DNA from: Cyanobacteria bacterium P01_A01_bin.123
GTDB taxonomy: Bacteria; Cyanobacteriota; Cyanobacteriia; Phormidesmidales; Phormidesmidaceae
Length of the DNA: 64,000 nt
Reading direction: 5' to 3'
Assembly: GCA_039815185.1 (NCBI GenBank)
Contig: JBCBZT010000007.1
Coordinates: forward strand, 128,001-192,000
The position numbers and the translations under genes are program-made. Under the pieces are notes generated by a model. That model worked only from the letters and a program-made list of their open reading frames with translations. It did not search any database and had not been told where the DNA came from. Below are positions 1 to 9,512 of this stretch, piece after piece. Each line of letters starts with the position of its first letter. The first letter of the stretch is position 1.

Positions 1-37
1 TTTATGACGGCAGTCTGGGGATTGGGGAGGCAGGGTT

Positions 38-934
38 GTGCGTCATCGATTAGCAACGGCGATCGCCCGTCAATCGGCTCCCATCCGTATCGTGGTTTTC
101 CTGGGTCTGCTGCTGCTCATCTGGCTACCCTTTGCAGCGCCCATCCAGTGGTTGGCCTGGCGCTTGAATTCAGACCAGATTCCGCTGATTGCTCTCGGAA
201 TTCTTTACGTTGAGTTTTTGCTGTTGCTGCGAGTTTGGCGACAGGAGTTGTACCATGAGCCCCACCCTTTGTATCGCTGTGGCTTTAAGGTCTCTCGTCG
301 GTTTATGAGGCTAACCTTGCAGGGCTTTGCCATGGGCTGTCTGGGAGTAGCAGTGTTGTTTGGGGTAGAAGTGCTATTGGGATGGGCAACGCTAGCTGCA
401 CCAGGGCGAAGTTTACTTGGTCTGGCTTTGGAAGGGTTGGTGACGGCGATCGCGGTGGGATTTTGTGAGGAGTTGTTCTTCCGGGGTTGGTTGTTGATCG
501 AGCTAGAGCAAGACTATGGGACGTTTGGGGCGCTTGTTGTCAGCAGTGGTCTGTTTGCCATTGCCCACTATATCCGACCCTTAGCGGTGATTCTGGCGAC
601 TTGGCCCCAGTTCTTAGGCTTATACCTACTTGGGATAACACTGGTGTGGGCCAAACGGGCATCGCGTTCTCCACGCTATGTTCAGCAGACAAAACGAATC
701 GGGGAATCTTTGGGTGCACCCATGGGGCTCCATGCTGGCTTGGTGTGGAGCTATTACGTGGTCAATGTGGGTAGCCTGATTGATTATTCTCCAGCGGTGT
801 CCCCCTGGATCGTTGGAATTGACGGCAATCCCTTAGCGGGGCTATTGGGGATCATCTTGCTGGGTGCGATCGCAATTTATTTTCGCATCATAGCTGAACA
901 GAGACTTAAAACTGCTGGATTGAGCGATCGCTGA
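38..934 (+). CDS. CPBP/CAAX-family intramembrane glutamic endopeptidase (Abi)
   Basis: Multi-TM protein with EELFFRG, FAIAH and HAGL motifs; start uncertain. Confidence 0.85.
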   Translation: MRHRLATAIARQSAPIRIVVFLGLLLLIWLPFAAPIQWLAWRLNSDQIPLIALGILYVEFLLLLRVWRQELYHEPHPLYRCGFKVSRRFMRLTLQGFAMGCLGVAVLFGVEVLLGWATLAAPGRSLLGLALEGLVTAIAVGFCEELFFRGWLLIELEQDYGTFGALVVSSGLFAIAHYIRPLAVILATWPQFLGLYLLGITLVWAKRASRSPRYVQQTKRIGESLGAPMGLHAGLVWSYYVVNVGSLIDYSPAVSPWIVGIDGNPLAGLLGIILLGAIAIYFRIIAEQRLKTAGLSDR

Positions 935-938
935 GCTG

Positions 939-1862
939 CTAGGCTACTCCCAAAACTAGGGCAAGAAGCGCCTTTTGGGCATGCATCCGGTTTTCAGCCT
1001 GATCCCAAATGCGAGAGGCTTTGCCCTCCATCACTTCAGCGGTGATTTCTTCGCCTCGATGGGCCGGAAGACAGTGGAGGATGATGGCATCTGGTTCGGC
1101 TTTGTCCAAGAGAGCCTGGTTGATTTGGTAGGGCTGAAACACGGGTAGGCGAGCATCTGCTAAATTTTCCTGGCCCATACTGGCCCACACGTCGGTATAG
1201 AGAATTTGAGCATCGGCAACGGCCGCTTTGGCATCGGTGATGACGCTTACCTTGCTGCGATCGCCCGCAAGTTTTTGCGCTTTTTCAAGTACGGTTGCGT
1301 CGGGTTCGTAACCTTTGGGGCAGGCAAGGCGGATGTTCATGCCGACTAGGGCACACCCCAGCATTAAAGAATGAGCCACGTTGTTACCGTCACCGAGGTA
1401 GGTCAGCGTCAGACCAGATAGGGTGCCAAATGCTTCTTGTACTGTTAGTAAGTCAGCCAAGATTTGGCAGGGATGTTCTAAATCGGTTAAAGCATTGATG
1501 ACCGGGATATCAGCGTAGTTAGCAAATTCTTGAATTTCTGATTGTTCAAAGGTACGAATGGCCACAACGTCTAGATAGCGGCTCAAAACCCGGGCCGTGT
1601 CAATCGTCGGCTCCCCCCGACTGACTTGGGTAACGCTGGTGTTCAAATCAAGCACCTGTCCCCCTAGCTGATACATCGCTACGGAAAAGCTAACCCGAGT
1701 TCTGGTGGACGCTTTCTGAAATAGCAACCCCAAAACCCGAGTTGGACATTCCGCCTGAACTTTGCCAGCTTTCATATCTGCTGCCAGTTGCAAAATCGAA
1801 TAGATTTCGTTGCTGTTGAGATCTGCCAGGCTTAGTAAATCCCGACCTTTCAAAGACTCCAT
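939..1862 (-). CDS. argF: Ornithine carbamoyltransferase
   Basis: STRTR, HPCQ, SMG and HCLP motifs; start taken at MESLKGRDLL. Confidence 0.97.
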   Translation of the reverse strand: MESLKGRDLLSLADLNSNEIYSILQLAADMKAGKVQAECPTRVLGLLFQKASTRTRVSFSVAMYQLGGQVLDLNTSVTQVSRGEPTIDTARVLSRYLDVVAIRTFEQSEIQEFANYADIPVINALTDLEHPCQILADLLTVQEAFGTLSGLTLTYLGDGNNVAHSLMLGCALVGMNIRLACPKGYEPDATVLEKAQKLAGDRSKVSVITDAKAAVADAQILYTDVWASMGQENLADARLPVFQPYQINQALLDKAEPDAIILHCLPAHRGEEITAEVMEGKASRIWDQAENRMHAQKALLALVLGVA

Positions 1863-2530
1863 AGTTATCCCTGATGTCAGCCATAAAAATAACAACCTAC
1901 CAGATTTTCCTTGACCCCACTGTAAAACTGCAAGCGTTCGCAGCGCTATCAAGCGGTGTCATCAGCAACAGCGGATCTAAAGGCGACTATCTCGACAGCC
2001 AATCGCGATCGCCGAGCCCCCGATATGCGGTATAACAGTCCTAGGTGCGGTATCGAATCAAGTTGTAGATCTACTTTTACCGAAGCATTATTCTTGTATG
2101 GAAAGCTTTCAGTTTTCCCCGGTTCTCATTTGCCAGAGGCTTCAGCAGTGGGTTAGTGGTGCTGCAGATGGTTTAGGTGGTTTGCAACCAGTTCAGGCAG
2201 CGATGTACCGCATCTCCCGCCAGAGGCATCTCAATCCGAGCCCAAGCATGGTGAATTCAAGTTCTTCGATTCTGAGGTCAAGATTAGGTTGTCATCGACA
2301 CATCAGGTTTTATCCTGTCTTGAATCCTTTGATAAGAGCACCATGGGTTCGCACAACGGGAGTTTCCCTGATTTTAGGTATAAGGCGTTTTAGACTAACA
2401 TCTAGAACGCTTTTTCTCAATTTAAGCGTGGCCCATCTAGCGTCAGAGGGTATGGATTTTGTGGGCTTCGACTCAACGCTTGGCGACGGCGCGGCTAGCA
2501 TCTGCTGTTATCGTTTGGGGTTGAGCGCTA

Positions 2531-4144
2531 TTGTCTGCTAGTTATCCCTTAACCCGGCATTTGGGTGGTGGGTCTTCGGGCTCAGCGCCACTCAGGCTCC
2601 TGTCTCCAACGCGTTCAGATGCGGCGACTGATCCTTATTGGTTGACGGATCAGATGCTGTTTCACTACCAGCGGTGTCCGCGACGGGCGTTTTTAGATCG
2701 CTATGGCGATCGCAGCCTACGTGATGCCCCTAGCGACTATCTGCAAAAGCTGAAACAAGATAGCGCTGACCACCGCAAACAAATTTTGGCCGATTATCAG
2801 CCCCTCCACTCTCCTCATTATCCCTTTCGAGATTGGCGAGCTGGCGCGATCGCGACAGCGGCATTAATGCAGCAAGGGGTTGACTATATCGGTCAAGGGG
2901 TTTTGATTGCTGAAACGGCAACTAACGTGGTTTTGGTGAGCAATCCCGATTTGCTGATTCGGATGCCGGGGGAGTCGATTTGGGGTGACTGGCAGTATAT
3001 TCCTGCCGATATCAAATTTGGCAAGAAACCCAAGCTGGATTATCAGATGGTCGCTGCCTTCCATGCCCTGGTACTGATGGATGGGCAAGGCACTTGGCCA
3101 GCGGCGAGCTGGTTGATTTTGCGAGAAGGCAAAAGTTATGCCATTGATTTGGATAAACAGTTGACGCGGTTAGACGAATTGCTCTATGCCTGCATTGAAG
3201 ATTTGCAGGACAGTGAACCGCCAGAGGTATTCATTGCCCATAGTCGTTGCGACTTGTGCCATTGGTTCAGCCAGTGTCATAGTCAAGCCAAGGCGACTAA
3301 GCATCTGTCATTGCTACCTGGCGTTACCCCAGCGCGATATGTACACTTGCAACGATTGCAGCTAACCACCGTTGCGGCCCTGGCCACGGCTCGCCCTGAG
3401 CAGCTTTCGTCTTTACCTGGATTTGGTGAACAGGTGGCTGAGAAAATTGTTCACCAGGCTCAGTCGGTGTTAAATGATACGGCGATTGCCCGGGTCTCTG
3501 TACACACCGCTCGATTCCCGCTAACGCCAGAGACGCTCCCCTCGGCAGCAGTAGAGCTGTATTTTGACATTGAAGCTGCCCCCGATAAACAGTTGATTTA
3601 TCTCCACGGCGTTCTAGTGGTTGATAAAGTCGCAAATACAGAGACCTTCCATCCGCTGTTAGCAGAACATCCCGAGCAAGAAGCTGAAGCTTGGACGGCA
3701 TTTGTGATGTTGATGCAGCAACATCCGACTGCGCCCGTTTATCACTTTTGCCCCTATGAAGCCCAAACGGTACGGCGTCTGGCGGCAGAATTTGGCCTCC
3801 CTGAAGGGGCTGACGTTGACCGCTTGTTGGATCGCTTTGTGGATGTCCACAAGTGCTTTACAGATGCTGTCACCCTGCCCACTGAAAGCTATGCCCTCAA
3901 GCACATTGCCCGCTGGATTGGATTTGACTGGCGCGATGCTGATGCCAATGGAGCTCAATCGATTTGCTGGTATGACGACTGGTTAACCACAGGCGATCGC
4001 CAGTATCTAACTGCTATCCTGCGCTATAACGAAGATGATTGTCGTGCAACCTATCAGATTAAAGAGTGGTTGGTCAATTTTGCTCAACCTTTCTGGGATC
4101 AAGATGGGGGTGATGATGTTGACGCAAGGGCGGATGGGGTTTGA
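2531..4144 (+). CDS. TM0106-family RecB-like nuclease with C-terminal RNase H-like domain
   Basis: YQRCPRRAFLD, PDLL...DIK, CDLC..C, YFDIE, YNEDDCRAT; start uncertain. Confidence 0.85.
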   Translation: MSASYPLTRHLGGGSSGSAPLRLLSPTRSDAATDPYWLTDQMLFHYQRCPRRAFLDRYGDRSLRDAPSDYLQKLKQDSADHRKQILADYQPLHSPHYPFRDWRAGAIATAALMQQGVDYIGQGVLIAETATNVVLVSNPDLLIRMPGESIWGDWQYIPADIKFGKKPKLDYQMVAAFHALVLMDGQGTWPAASWLILREGKSYAIDLDKQLTRLDELLYACIEDLQDSEPPEVFIAHSRCDLCHWFSQCHSQAKATKHLSLLPGVTPARYVHLQRLQLTTVAALATARPEQLSSLPGFGEQVAEKIVHQAQSVLNDTAIARVSVHTARFPLTPETLPSAAVELYFDIEAAPDKQLIYLHGVLVVDKVANTETFHPLLAEHPEQEAEAWTAFVMLMQQHPTAPVYHFCPYEAQTVRRLAAEFGLPEGADVDRLLDRFVDVHKCFTDAVTLPTESYALKHIARWIGFDWRDADANGAQSICWYDDWLTTGDRQYLTAILRYNEDDCRATYQIKEWLVNFAQPFWDQDGGDDVDARADGV

Positions 4145-4174
4145 GGAAGCGGTAACCTGCTGGCATCCAGCATC

Positions 4175-4206
4175 CCGAAGTCAGCCTCTACCGAAGTCAG
4201 CCTCTA
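4175..4206. repeat. Perfect 16-bp tandem duplication (CCGAAGTCAGCCTCTA x2)
   Basis: Read directly from sequence. Confidence 0.9.
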
Positions 4207-4536
4207 AAAGAGATAGACTGATAGTCTCCGAAGACAAGCACCCAGCAAGAAAAGAGATCACTCATGGCTTTAAAAATTGAGAATTCGGGAAAAAGCTATT
4301 CTTCTAAGTTCTGATTTCTAGATTTTTGTGACGCCTTGCCTAGACAAAATCATTTGGCTTCAGTTGATCCCCCTTGATCGGCTGGGCAGTTTCGTGAACA
4401 GTTGGGAAACCTTAAACTTAGACTGAACTTGAATTAGCCTGCTGTTATTGTTTCGGGATCGCTTGGAACTTTGCAGGCTAGGGTAAGTCGAGCAGTATAG
4501 CAATGTCATTGTCCATCAGTGGGCATCTAGAATGCG

Positions 4537-7164
4537 GTGGCTCAAGAGTTTCACATTTCAATCACGACCGTTGGGGAAGCGAAATACCTGATTCGCACAG
4601 AGCAGGTTGAACCTGGTGTTCCCTTAGCTGAGACCCAATTAATTTGGGATGTGGAGACTTGGCTAGAACAGGCACAACGGCTAATGCATGGCCCGTTGGC
4701 TAGGCTTTTGCAGGGGTCATCAAAATCATCTGGTCTGCGATCGCCTACGGATTTTTCTGAATCCGATTTGGCTCCTGAATTGCTTGACCCTAGCGTTATG
4801 ACGCTGGGCAAGCAGCTCTACGATGCCTTATTTCAAGACTTGATTCGAGATAGTTGGGTGACAGCCCAAGGTGTCGCTCAAAATCGCCGCCAACTGCTCC
4901 GGTTACGGTTGGGGATTAAAGATCATCGCCTACAACATCTGCCTTGGGAAGTCATGAATAGCGGTGATCGCTCTCCCATCGCCACGGGAACTAACCTCAC
5001 ATTTTGTCGTTATCATCCCAACTTGCTAACCCCATTGCGGGCTGTTACGTCGTCCCAAAAACAGGCTCACCAACTGATTCAAGTTTTGATGGTGGTGGCA
5101 GGGCCTGACGACCAGGAAAGACTGGCTTTGAGTCGCGAAGTCCGGCAGTTGCAGCAAGAACTGGGCCGATCTGATCAGAGTCAGCGTCGACCTAATGCGA
5201 TCGCAAATGCAGTGCCTATCCAGGTCACCCTCTTAGAACAACCGGGCCGCACTGAACTTACCCAAACCCTAGAACAAGGTCACTTTCACGTGTTGCACTA
5301 TGCTGGTCACAGCAACCTGGGTGAAACGGGGGGAGACTTATACCTAGTGAGTCGTCAAACGGGGTTGACTGAGCGTTTGAGCGGTGACGATTTAGCGGGT
5401 TTGTTGGTCAACAACGGAACTCAATTAGCCATTTTCAATTCTTGTCGCAGTGCCTATGCTACGGCTGCAGATATTGCGGGCTGGCGAGAACAGAACTTAG
5501 CCCAGGCTCTAGTGAATCGTGGGGTTCCTGGGGTGATTGCCATGGCTGAGCGTATTCCCGATGAGATTGCAATTACCTTCACCCAATTGTTTTACCGGAA
5601 CCTGAAGGCTGGTTACACCATCGATCTCAGTCTGAACCGCGCCCGACAAGCATTGCTGTCTGTGAAAGGGTCAGATCAGGTGTATTGGGCATTGCCTGTG
5701 TTGTATATGCAGCCTGGGTTTAACGGCTATTTGGGTGAGTCGGATCCAGCGTCAGATTTACTCCATTCACTGCTTGAAGATGATGGGGATGAGTTGTGGT
5801 CAGATGAGGCAGAAATTTCTGACGCGATACCGTCTGTGGTGGTTGCTCGACCGAACCAGTTAGATGATCGTGATCTGCCCTCTTTGGGTGGGTTGGACGA
5901 GGGTGATGATGATTTTTGGGATGATGATGAAGAAATCGATTTAGACGCGATCGCCGATACCCTAGATGCCACTGCCGACGAAGAATATGCCGAAGATAGT
6001 GCCTTTGTTGGCAGCATTATGCAACAGCTAGCCAATCCGGCTACCGCTGCCGCCTTGGCTTCAGCTCCCCCCGGTGACTCGCTACAGAGTGATTCTTTGC
6101 GCAATGAAGCCTTACAGTCGGATAACATCACGTCACGGTCGATTAGCAGTTATGCTCAGCCCACCAGCAGTCCTGATCGAGCGGCTGGTGACCCAGCCAT
6201 GACTGGTAGTCAGGCAACCCTCCAGACGTCAGACTTACCCCGACCCTCCGTTAGTAGGGTGTCTCAACAGTCAACCTTTGTTGAACCTGATTTTTCGACC
6301 CCGCATCCCCGCTCCACCCCAAACTTCACGCGTTTGTTGAGGCGTTTTTCCCTCGGTAACTCGGCCCAGCCCTGGTTATGGCTGGCGTTAGGGATGGTAG
6401 CTGTAGGGTCTGTGGTTGGGGTTAGTCGTCTCAACAGACCGAAGCAAACTGAGCTGTTCCCAGCACCCGTGCAGAGTGGTGGTGGTCTTGCTGAAGCAGT
6501 GCTCGCATTGAAACGTGATGACTTGGTGGCAGCAACCAACACAATAGAATCTTTGTTAGACAGCGATCAGCTATCCATTGCGCAAGAGGCGCTTGATGCT
6601 GCTTCACCCAGGCAGCTTACCAACCCTGAAATTCTCTATCTCCGAGGTCGATTGCAGTGGCAACAGGGGCAAAAAGACAACCTTGATTTTGATCTGAATG
6701 ATGTCTTGCGATCTTGGCAACAGGCTGTCGCAGACACTCGAAAGACCAAGGAAACCTTAACCGCGCGTGTTAACTACAATACCGCTTTGGGATTTGCTTA
6801 CTATGCCCAAGGCGATTTCCCTGCGGCAGTTGACACCTGGAAGGAAGTGATTAGGTTAAACAATGAACGATACCGCCAATTGGCCCCAGACGGATCGGAT
6901 GAGGATTTTGCTGTTCAAGAACTTCCCTTTGATGCCTATGCAGGCTTGGCGATCGCGCTTTACAACATGGCTCAAACAACACCCGATCCGAATCAGTCTG
7001 ACTTTATCAGAGATGCTCGCAAATCTTACTGTCTAGTCGTGACCAGCGATCCAAGTCGATTTGGGACTGCAAGCGGGTTGAGCGGTGACTCAAATTGGCT
7101 ATGGGGGCCAGCGCAGATCAAGGATTGGCAAACGATTGGGCCAAAGCTGGCAAGTTGCCAGTAA
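4537..7164 (+). CDS. hetF: HetF-like CHAT (caspase-HetF) protease with acidic linker, TM helix and C-terminal TPR-like region
   Basis: N-terminus QEFHISIT...YLIRTE...PGVPLAE; catalytic HYAGHS and FNSC; TM WLWLALGMVAVGSVVGV. Confidence 0.85.
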   Translation: MAQEFHISITTVGEAKYLIRTEQVEPGVPLAETQLIWDVETWLEQAQRLMHGPLARLLQGSSKSSGLRSPTDFSESDLAPELLDPSVMTLGKQLYDALFQDLIRDSWVTAQGVAQNRRQLLRLRLGIKDHRLQHLPWEVMNSGDRSPIATGTNLTFCRYHPNLLTPLRAVTSSQKQAHQLIQVLMVVAGPDDQERLALSREVRQLQQELGRSDQSQRRPNAIANAVPIQVTLLEQPGRTELTQTLEQGHFHVLHYAGHSNLGETGGDLYLVSRQTGLTERLSGDDLAGLLVNNGTQLAIFNSCRSAYATAADIAGWREQNLAQALVNRGVPGVIAMAERIPDEIAITFTQLFYRNLKAGYTIDLSLNRARQALLSVKGSDQVYWALPVLYMQPGFNGYLGESDPASDLLHSLLEDDGDELWSDEAEISDAIPSVVVARPNQLDDRDLPSLGGLDEGDDDFWDDDEEIDLDAIADTLDATADEEYAEDSAFVGSIMQQLANPATAAALASAPPGDSLQSDSLRNEALQSDNITSRSISSYAQPTSSPDRAAGDPAMTGSQATLQTSDLPRPSVSRVSQQSTFVEPDFSTPHPRSTPNFTRLLRRFSLGNSAQPWLWLALGMVAVGSVVGVSRLNRPKQTELFPAPVQSGGGLAEAVLALKRDDLVAATNTIESLLDSDQLSIAQEALDAASPRQLTNPEILYLRGRLQWQQGQKDNLDFDLNDVLRSWQQAVADTRKTKETLTARVNYNTALGFAYYAQGDFPAAVDTWKEVIRLNNERYRQLAPDGSDEDFAVQELPFDAYAGLAIALYNMAQTTPDPNQSDFIRDARKSYCLVVTSDPSRFGTASGLSGDSNWLWGPAQIKDWQTIGPKLASCQ

Positions 7165-7170
7165 CCCTGA

Positions 7171-7650
7171 TCAGGACACTTTAACCAGCACTAAATCGCC
7201 GTCAATTTTGGCTTCAAATACGTCAAGGGGTGATTCTGCGGGGCCTGCAGTGACGCTGCCATCAGGGTTAAACTTTGACCCGTGGCAGGGGCAAGCAAAG
7301 ACAGAAGTGCCATCCCACTCGACAGTGCAGCCTTGATGGGTACAGAAGGAATTGACGGCGATTATTGATGCGTTGTCTGTGGGGTCGCGGATGACGGCCA
7401 CTTGCTCTCCCTGAAAGGATTTGTCAGCAACAAATCCCATCTCATCCAATTCCGCGACGGTGCCGACAGCGGCAAATCCGTCTTCACGCGGCGTCGAGTC
7501 AACCTCGGTAGGCTCAGCAGCGGTTTCGTTCTCAGTCTCGCCTTCTGGGGCAGAAGCGGTATCGTTAGGTTGACAGGCCGCGATCGCGACGGGTAACGAA
7601 CTCGCTAATACGCCTAATCCGACCCAGTTGATAAATTCACGTCGTTTCAT
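7171..7650 (-). CDS. Rieske [2Fe-2S] protein, Tat-exported lipoprotein (PetC3-like)
   Basis: MKRREF Tat motif, IAAC lipobox, CTHQGC and CPCHGS. Confidence 0.92.
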   Translation of the reverse strand: MKRREFINWVGLGVLASSLPVAIAACQPNDTASAPEGETENETAAEPTEVDSTPREDGFAAVGTVAELDEMGFVADKSFQGEQVAVIRDPTDNASIIAVNSFCTHQGCTVEWDGTSVFACPCHGSKFNPDGSVTAGPAESPLDVFEAKIDGDLVLVKVS

Positions 7651-7663
7651 CGATTTTCAAACC

Positions 7664-9379
7664 CTACAAATTTTCAGCCGGTGCTAAAGTGCCCGGACGC
7701 CGCAGCCAGCCATGATGACGTGCTGCCGCGATCGCCACAAACAAAAGATCCACACCCACTACGCCAGCAATCAGCAGCTCGGATCCGCCTGTGCCGAAGC
7801 CGTAACTGTGCAGCCCTGTACCTAGCACAAAGTTCACCCCATACCAGGCCATGAGCACAGCATTGAAGGCAACCACGCTAGCCACGTTGATGCCAAAATC
7901 GCCAATCCAGCCCACGAGGCGACCATGCAGGGGAGCCAAATAGCACAGTAGGGCAATCAGCGCCCAAGTTTCCTTAGGATCCCAACCCCAGAAGCGTCCC
8001 CAGGAGAAGTGGGCCCAGATGCCGCCGAGAATAATCCCTGCTGTCAGCAATAGCACGCCTACCTGCAACACTCGATAGTTCAGTTGCGACAGGGTTTTGA
8101 TGCGCTGCTTAGCATCGGCGGCAAACAGGTAGTTCCCCAGGGCAACATGACCTAGCCCCAAGGCCAGGGCGAAGCTGGCATAGCTCAGGGCAATCGTGGG
8201 GACGTGGATACTCAACCAGAAGTTATCTCGTAGCACCGGCACCAGTGGGGCAATGCTGGGGTCAAGTACGGCAGGCAGACTATCTGCCAACAATAAACAC
8301 ATGACTGACAAGGGTGCGGCTGCCAGCAGGTAGTAGCGAGCCCGGGAAACGAGTTCAAAAGTAAGCGCGATCGCCGCGATGCCAAACCCAACCCAAACCA
8401 CCGACTCATACATATTGGTAACTGGAGGGCGACCGGCAATCTGCATGCGCAAAAAGAAACCATAGCTTTGCACCCCAATGCCCGCAGTAAATAGGCCAAT
8501 GGCGCTCCAGTAAAGATTCCAGTTACTATCTCGGGCGTTTATCAAGAGGCTAACCAACAAAATCCCAAACGCCAGCCCATAGAGCCACCAGGCCTTAGCA
8601 AAAGGATGGAAATGGTTAAAGTGCACTTCCCGCTGTAGAACAGCATCGGTGGGATAGATTGCGGGACTGAGCTGCTGTAGGCTCGCCTTTAGTTCAGCGG
8701 CAAATGCCCCCACCATTGGTACATGGGTAATGCCACCATTGAGTAGCGTTTGCTGCGTCATGGCAAACTGAGCTATCAGCGGCGCCACAGTTTCTGGCGC
8801 GTAAAGCTGCTGGGCATCATTCAATCCGGCCCATTTGCCCTTGATGTCATCAGGGTGGGGCACGATGGGCAGATTGTTATCGCCAACGGATTGATACAGC
8901 AGGTTAAGGCGATCTTCAATGGTCAGTGCTTCGCGCTCATCGCGGTCGAGCGCTTCGTCGTTGAGCGCCTTTTGATGGGCTTGGCGTACGATCGCGCTCA
9001 AATCCTTATTGGTCATCAGCTCTCGAAACGTGAAATGCTTTCGTTCTAAATCAAGACCGACCGCTGCTTTCAGGGGGCGATAACTGACCAGTACAAAGGG
9101 TTCCTCGTTCCAATTGCGGTTGTTTAGCCACATCCCCAAGAAGGTGCTGAGGTAGTCCTCTTTTTCACCGTCAGCCTGTTTGTAGGTGGTGGCACCGTGA
9201 ATTTTAGCGACGGTTTCTTTGGCCACAGTGTCTAGGGGCTTTTTGCGTCCGTCAAGCTGTACGGCTAGGGTTCGCAATTCCTCCAAACCATCAGGCTGAA
9301 ACTGGCTCAAGGGCATCAGCAATAAGATGCAGCCCAGGCAGAAGCCCACGAAGAATTTAATCAGGTTTATACCTTTCAT
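7664..9379 (-). CDS. ccsA: System II cytochrome c synthase CcsA/ResC-like, with large N-terminal soluble domain
   Basis: WGRFWGWDPKETW WWD motif, PPVTNMYES, WLSIHV, GLHSYG. Confidence 0.93.
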   Translation of the reverse strand: MKGINLIKFFVGFCLGCILLLMPLSQFQPDGLEELRTLAVQLDGRKKPLDTVAKETVAKIHGATTYKQADGEKEDYLSTFLGMWLNNRNWNEEPFVLVSYRPLKAAVGLDLERKHFTFRELMTNKDLSAIVRQAHQKALNDEALDRDEREALTIEDRLNLLYQSVGDNNLPIVPHPDDIKGKWAGLNDAQQLYAPETVAPLIAQFAMTQQTLLNGGITHVPMVGAFAAELKASLQQLSPAIYPTDAVLQREVHFNHFHPFAKAWWLYGLAFGILLVSLLINARDSNWNLYWSAIGLFTAGIGVQSYGFFLRMQIAGRPPVTNMYESVVWVGFGIAAIALTFELVSRARYYLLAAAPLSVMCLLLADSLPAVLDPSIAPLVPVLRDNFWLSIHVPTIALSYASFALALGLGHVALGNYLFAADAKQRIKTLSQLNYRVLQVGVLLLTAGIILGGIWAHFSWGRFWGWDPKETWALIALLCYLAPLHGRLVGWIGDFGINVASVVAFNAVLMAWYGVNFVLGTGLHSYGFGTGGSELLIAGVVGVDLLFVAIAAARHHGWLRRPGTLAPAENL

Positions 9380-9420
9380 GGTTAATGGCTAAATCGTCAA
9401 TGGACGGTAGGAATGGATGA

Positions 9421-9496
9421 CTAAACCACATCCGATTTGAAACTTGGAGTTTTAGCTCAAGGAAAAACTATGGATCTGGATGTGGACACGGTTTGA
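9421..9496. repeat. Short dispersed element with CCACATCC/GGATGTGG inverted ends; related copy at 37845-37936
   Basis: Reverse complement aligns by eye with 37845-37936. Confidence 0.65.
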
Positions 9497-9512
9497 AAAG
9501 AGAAGACGAGGT

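Noticed and set aside
2098..2541. 147-aa ORF between argF and the TM0106 nuclease gene
   Set aside because: No recognisable motif; it lies in a divergent promoter region and may be spurious.
4175..4206. 16-bp tandem duplication as a CRISPR or regulatory repeat
   Set aside because: Only two adjacent copies and no spacer; most simply a slippage duplication.
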